Origin: an uncultured Rhodothermales bacterium
GTDB lineage: Bacteria; Bacteroidota; Rhodothermia; Rhodothermales; VXPQ01
Reading direction: 5' to 3'
Length of the DNA: 64,000 nucleotides
NCBI GenBank assembly: GCA_964608315.1
Contig: CAZSNF010000006.1
Location: forward strand, 71,670 to 135,669
The stretch's first letter is position 1. Every line of letters begins with the position of its first letter. This document shows, piece after piece, positions 61,501 through 64,000 of the stretch. Made by a program: the position numbers and the translations under genes. The notes under the pieces were generated by a model, which searched no databases, was not told where the DNA came from, and was given only the letters and a program-made list of their open reading frames with translations.

Positions 61501-63618
61501 ATATTTGCTTTTGCGGGCCTGCTTTTGCGATTCGGGGATGTCCAGCTCGTCGATAATATTTTCTATATGGCTGCCGAACGGTTCGAGCGAAGGAAAAACA
61601 AGTTCGCCCTTTGCCGGCTTGATCGTGAAGTTGACGAGGTAATCGAAAAGGTCGTCGGGGCGTTCCGCGCCGTCTTCGTTGAGGCGGTCGAGCCCGAGAA
61701 GCTGGAGAAGCGTTTGCCGTTTGGCGCCGTTCAGCTCAGGCACGACGGTTGCCGCCGGACTGCCCGGAGGCTGATATTCCACTTGCAATTCGAACTCGTT
61801 CGGATTCAGTCCCCGCCCGGGAACCCGGTAAATGTTGCGCAATTCGAGGTACCATGCCGCCGGGTTGAAATTCCCTGCGGGGTTGGGCTGCCGAAGCTGG
61901 ACAGGCTTGAGCAGTTTCAGCACAAGGCGGTCCGAATTCTGTCCGCCGGAGGCGCCCCCGGTTTCTGACGAGAAATCCCCCACCTGATATGTTTGTCCAT
62001 TCGCCCGAAAACGAAACGCTACGGCCAGCGCTTCGTTTTCCTGGATGCGCTGTCGCAAGGAGACGTACCCGAGCACATTGTCGAAATCAAAATCGATTCC
62101 CCGGCGGAGTTTTTTGAACTTGCCTACCTGAAAGTCGTCGTCGTTCAGGCCCAGCGAAGCGAGGTAATCCTGCGGCTTGGCGTCGCCGTCCCGGAGCTCC
62201 GTATCCAGCGTGGCCTGAGGGTATCGCCAGGCTTCGGTTCCGGGAAGGACTTGCTCCGTATAGCCGTTGGCCAGACGCACGACGTCTGGCGATTCTCCAA
62301 GATCGACCAGCGCCACGGCTTGCCGTACGTTTTCCTCTTCGGCAGTGGTGCGCTCCAGTTTCCATATCTCAATATCTGTGATGCTTTCGAAGCCGTTCGC
62401 AACGAACACTTGCGGCGGATTCTGCAGGGCGTCCTCCCAGCGATTGCGAAAATAGTAGGCCAGGAAATAGTGCGTATTTTCGCTGTATTCCGTCGGTTTT
62501 ATATCGAATTCCGTCGTTTGGGCGCCGCCTTCGATCGACAAACTGTTTGCCTGACCTTTTTGCTGGCTCGCCACCGTCGTGAGGCGCAAGCCACCCAACT
62601 GGAATTCGGTTTTTATGCCGAACAGGCTTTGTCCGCCGCGAATCAGGCGCGAGGGCGTTGACAGATTGACATTCCCGGCTTCGAAATTTTGAATAATTTC
62701 GTCCTCGTACCCCGTGTATTGCAGGCGGAGCTGGTTCTGGAAATCGAATTGATTCTGCGTATCCCAATCAATGTCGATATCGAGTTTGTCCCCGATCGAA
62801 CCGGTAATGCCGAGGCGAATGTCTTGCGTGAATTCCGGAGAAAGCCGCCCGGACCGGCCCGTAACGGCTACCTGCTGATCGCTTTTTCGGTATTCGAAAC
62901 CAGCCTGGATGCTGGCTTGCCCGTTCACGGTCAGGCTCACCGTGGATGCGCCGAATATCGTACTGAAAGCGCTTCGTCGCCCGCCGGGTATGGCGATATT
63001 GAATCCAAGGCCGCCCCGGGACCTCTGGCGGCGTTGCTGGGCTTTTTGCTCGCTGACGATACGCCAGTTGTCGGTGAGCCAGGCGTTCAGGCGGCGTTCC
63101 CGATACGCATCGAAGTCGATGACGAGCGGGTATCGCACCTCGCTTTCTCCCACGAATTCCCGGACGATGAATTCCTGCCGGGTAGAATCCAGCTCTACTT
63201 CATGTCGCCAGTAATTGCCCAGCGCGGGAAAGAAGGGGCGGCGAATCCGCTGCACCGGGGCGGCCATCCGCTGGTCCGGTTTTGCAGGCGGAAGGTAGAA
63301 GTTCGCCCTGCGCAAAATGGCGGCGTCGGTGGTGTCGTCGGCCCCGGTCTTGTCGCCGAAAATTTTTGCAAAGGTGATGTTGCCCCGGACTTTGTCGCCA
63401 AAAATCGTATCGAAGGTGACTGGACTCCATGGTTCGCCGCCGAAAATAGTTTTTAAGGTGACGGGGTCTGCGTCGCGTACGGCGGCGGACGTATCGGCGG
63501 GCGCGTCGTCTTCGAGGGGCGGGGGAGTAACCTGCGCGTTGCCGCGCTGCGCCGTCAGGCCATGAAGCAAAAGTGCAACGACCATGGCGCCTGCCGCATG
63601 CAAACAGGGCGCTTTCAT
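55600..63618 (-). CDS. sprA: T9SS translocon / cell-surface protein SprA (start placed at the MKAPCLH signal peptide)
   Basis: ~2670-aa beta-rich giant ORF of the size and composition typical of SprA; the genome also encodes a T9SS-CTD cargo. Confidence 0.8.
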   Translation of the reverse strand: MKAPCLHAAGAMVVALLLHGLTAQRGNAQVTPPPLEDDAPADTSAAVRDADPVTLKTIFGGEPWSPVTFDTIFGDKVRGNITFAKIFGDKTGADDTTDAAILRRANFYLPPAKPDQRMAAPVQRIRRPFFPALGNYWRHEVELDSTRQEFIVREFVGESEVRYPLVIDFDAYRERRLNAWLTDNWRIVSEQKAQQRRQRSRGGLGFNIAIPGGRRSAFSTIFGASTVSLTVNGQASIQAGFEYRKSDQQVAVTGRSGRLSPEFTQDIRLGITGSIGDKLDIDIDWDTQNQFDFQNQLRLQYTGYEDEIIQNFEAGNVNLSTPSRLIRGGQSLFGIKTEFQLGGLRLTTVASQQKGQANSLSIEGGAQTTEFDIKPTEYSENTHYFLAYYFRNRWEDALQNPPQVFVANGFESITDIEIWKLERTTAEEENVRQAVALVDLGESPDVVRLANGYTEQVLPGTEAWRYPQATLDTELRDGDAKPQDYLASLGLNDDDFQVGKFKKLRRGIDFDFDNVLGYVSLRQRIQENEALAVAFRFRANGQTYQVGDFSSETGGASGGQNSDRLVLKLLKPVQLRQPNPAGNFNPAAWYLELRNIYRVPGRGLNPNEFELQVEYQPPGSPAATVVPELNGAKRQTLLQLLGLDRLNEDGAERPDDLFDYLVNFTIKPAKGELVFPSLEPFGSHIENIIDELDIPESQKQARKSKYAYAGLYTQKKELAVRQSQFDVYRIRGSYKGAAQDFFDLRAFSGLIEGSVVVTSGGNRLEEDTDFVVDYQGGTVTIINDAYLIGGRDVKIDYEQNSYFNIQTKTLLGARMDYLASDELAFGSTLFSLNQKSPIDKYRIGEEPISNTIWGLDGQLNIEPLWLTRAVDALPLIQTRAPSHIRISGEFAQLRPGANPTNAFEKSRDALQDIGQDFERDELRGISYLDDFEGFENTYSLRQAGGWRLASAPDSIGVLPDDFSGATSDSLRTNWRAVMGWYSLHQNTLEDLIGRSANCAAIDPAICGVNVRDVLPNKDTSGEQNTLLQPLDVYFTPHQRGPYNYTRDLQGFLDDPRNTWGGMVQRLPEGYTDFSTKNIEFVEFIVKVFPEKGGRVHRDAKLFVDLGSISEDVLPNGLLNTEDGLTLASASVRDLDSWGRTASGTQNVTIDVEGQRTEDLGLDGLASYSPEDYDALITEQAHFRDFLDALDDGISDPRYRAEAAKARLDPSGDDFFYFGANGYFENPTYYPNGASVQERFSRYFPGTEINSFEAQQKLAPSLYGNRGNSRLPDTEDLNLNSAADIDNSYFQYELPLSPTVLDSLARPERVNDYVVTETNDGWYQIRIPIRDFSRRVGNIQDFSLIESIRVWTTGHDNPITLRFPTFELVGAQWQKSEVVSRERDLPGDMLRDQTRLSVSSINNEENSSTYAPPNGTIISQIRTTSAALQNAREQAMALRVENLMPGKQQAIFKTYQQEVDLLKYSNLRMFLHMHGEQGDGAPIEERDNVRFFMRLGANETNDYYEYEMPLSPSSIASTDADEIWQTNRMVGGELIDLNSVNIKLGALNQLKVSRDDRAFPTDSVYWSDIQDVPLSPDIPEFAPPGARLGVKGTPSLGNINTIVLGIRNGADSTIAGVRNIRPENILKDVTVWVNELRVSGYDETNGWAAVGNADVKLADLATVRATWQHQTDGFGGLESTLGDREQVNISNWSVTTDVNLDKFIPERYGWTLPASAQVSNQTSTPRFSPNRGDIRLEELLSQADRNEELSEAEREQKKEEIIESAQTRSVTRSYSIRIGKSGSDSRVLRNTVDGVALSFSSSNASASNPSQRQRDSQRWNSSLTYRLNVRRPRTVRPFWFLENVPILGGPLGGLNFNYAPRIISTGATASRTFSESQDRRRDLPNATAQSLPELVEFPLRQSHALSHRRNGNFQYDPFQFLNLSYTASTSQSLNAAGVDTLFTVIRVDSLGNESVFANTTEQAALAAGLIGEDDTRFEVSQLRVVGAGQVINRIFSGHEGVRTDQHSESFTAAFNPRMPAALSWFDLQDITWSSQFNWRNGSVGRYTGASTSNQSEIRGGNTLRIQELFRKIPFYEAMEEAEKRYRQEQSDARAQRQQQRAAEKEERKRLREAAREEKERLKQEEKERKAREKAAEEAAREAGNEEDAIQDGANEDVLPEPEETPPAQEEDAPDGQPAATDDDTETPDANTDDGETKEESGPDFLATLLPNPASLARRTLLAATGIRELTVTYSASQSSNSSNVGQLILDDNGDILDVNTPYSLIDALFHNAGPPLGYRFGLDRDLPLEQRIVSDRLQVQDALSDRKQIQGRTTLNPTRSLQINLTWSANWSHSANRTYRPDPITITETLAGSNRASVWVFGAGYLDLFARQLETYRQDDARAEDPGRIGDENGDGRIVLTNESIVDDFQDAFLSGPGAVDSRGFLPFPMPGWQITWSGIGQWPIIRSLVTNASLRHGYSSDYATDYRRNVISNDSTRAFDLSGQQIVFTIPTDEVGSIRVNERFQPLIGLDLSFKGNLQTTVTWEKSTSYALSTTNFEVSENNNSQITVTANYSRSGMKLPFLKKINNRISFSLSMSVANLSDRRLLLRRALTDYIDRRETFVVGDALKGDNVSVISASKRYTVAPRISYQISNRVSTDFTLRYENFISEDSRTPSSTSINGGFNFRLSIAN

Positions 63619-64000
63619 GCGGCGGAGACGCTTTTTCCCCGTTATGCGTACGGCGTACGAACTCACCCGACTTCTTTGCGAATATCCTGAATAACTGCGA
63701 TGTATGGACAACCTGAAATCCGATTCCATGGCGGTTTTTTCGCCGCAGGGATTCAGGGTTCCGATAGAGATAGAGTGCGCCGAAGGTCCGTCGCAGGGCG
63801 TTATAGCGTCCTGCGACGGATTTGTCGACAGTCCTCATTCTTTATAGAAAACGGTAGCAGAAGCGCGCAGAAAGCAGGTTTTGTATCGCAGGTTCGGGCG
63901 AGGCGCCGAATCGAAAGGGCCGCTTGTTCGGGAAAGCAATGTGCAGAACAGGAAGCGTTGCCGGTTCGGCAGGCGTTCTTTCCTACGAATCAGGGGAAAA

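Overview
High-GC (about 60%+) bacterial chromosomal segment. It probably comes from the FCB group (Rhodothermota/Bacteroidota-like): it carries the T9SS translocon SprA, a T9SS C-terminal sorting domain cargo, and an atpBEFHAG cluster without atpDC. Most of the window is housekeeping: F-type ATPase, sdhCAB, gltA, lysS, der, holA, murJ, tsaD, lipB, rpsT, queG, aroQ, RNase E/G and pccB. The one clearly accessory region is positions 1-8207, a defence island abutting tRNA-Ser(GCU). It holds a tightly packed minus-strand operon, GIY-YIG mini-nuclease / Type III-like Res helicase-nuclease / MNT antitoxin / HEPN toxin / Type III-like Mod methyltransferase, followed by a decayed MNT relic and a partial XRE-HTH gene that I translated by hand. 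The mod gene is broken exactly at a C12-(CA)6 simple-sequence tract, so it is either a phase-variation switch in the OFF state or a homopolymer assembly error. Its target-recognition segment also has a sharply lower GC than the rest of the gene. The second notable signal is genome-wide rather than local. Two families of structured, MITE-like intergenic repeats with shared modular termini (core ATCAGAGTATCCT and CTGCATAGTGTTAACAGGCCC) occur more than 15 times. Some copies sit inside the atp and sdh operons, and some supply stop codons or C-terminal codons to genes. No CRISPR array, rRNA, transposase or integrase is visible. All function calls rest on motifs recognised by eye; no database search was possible.
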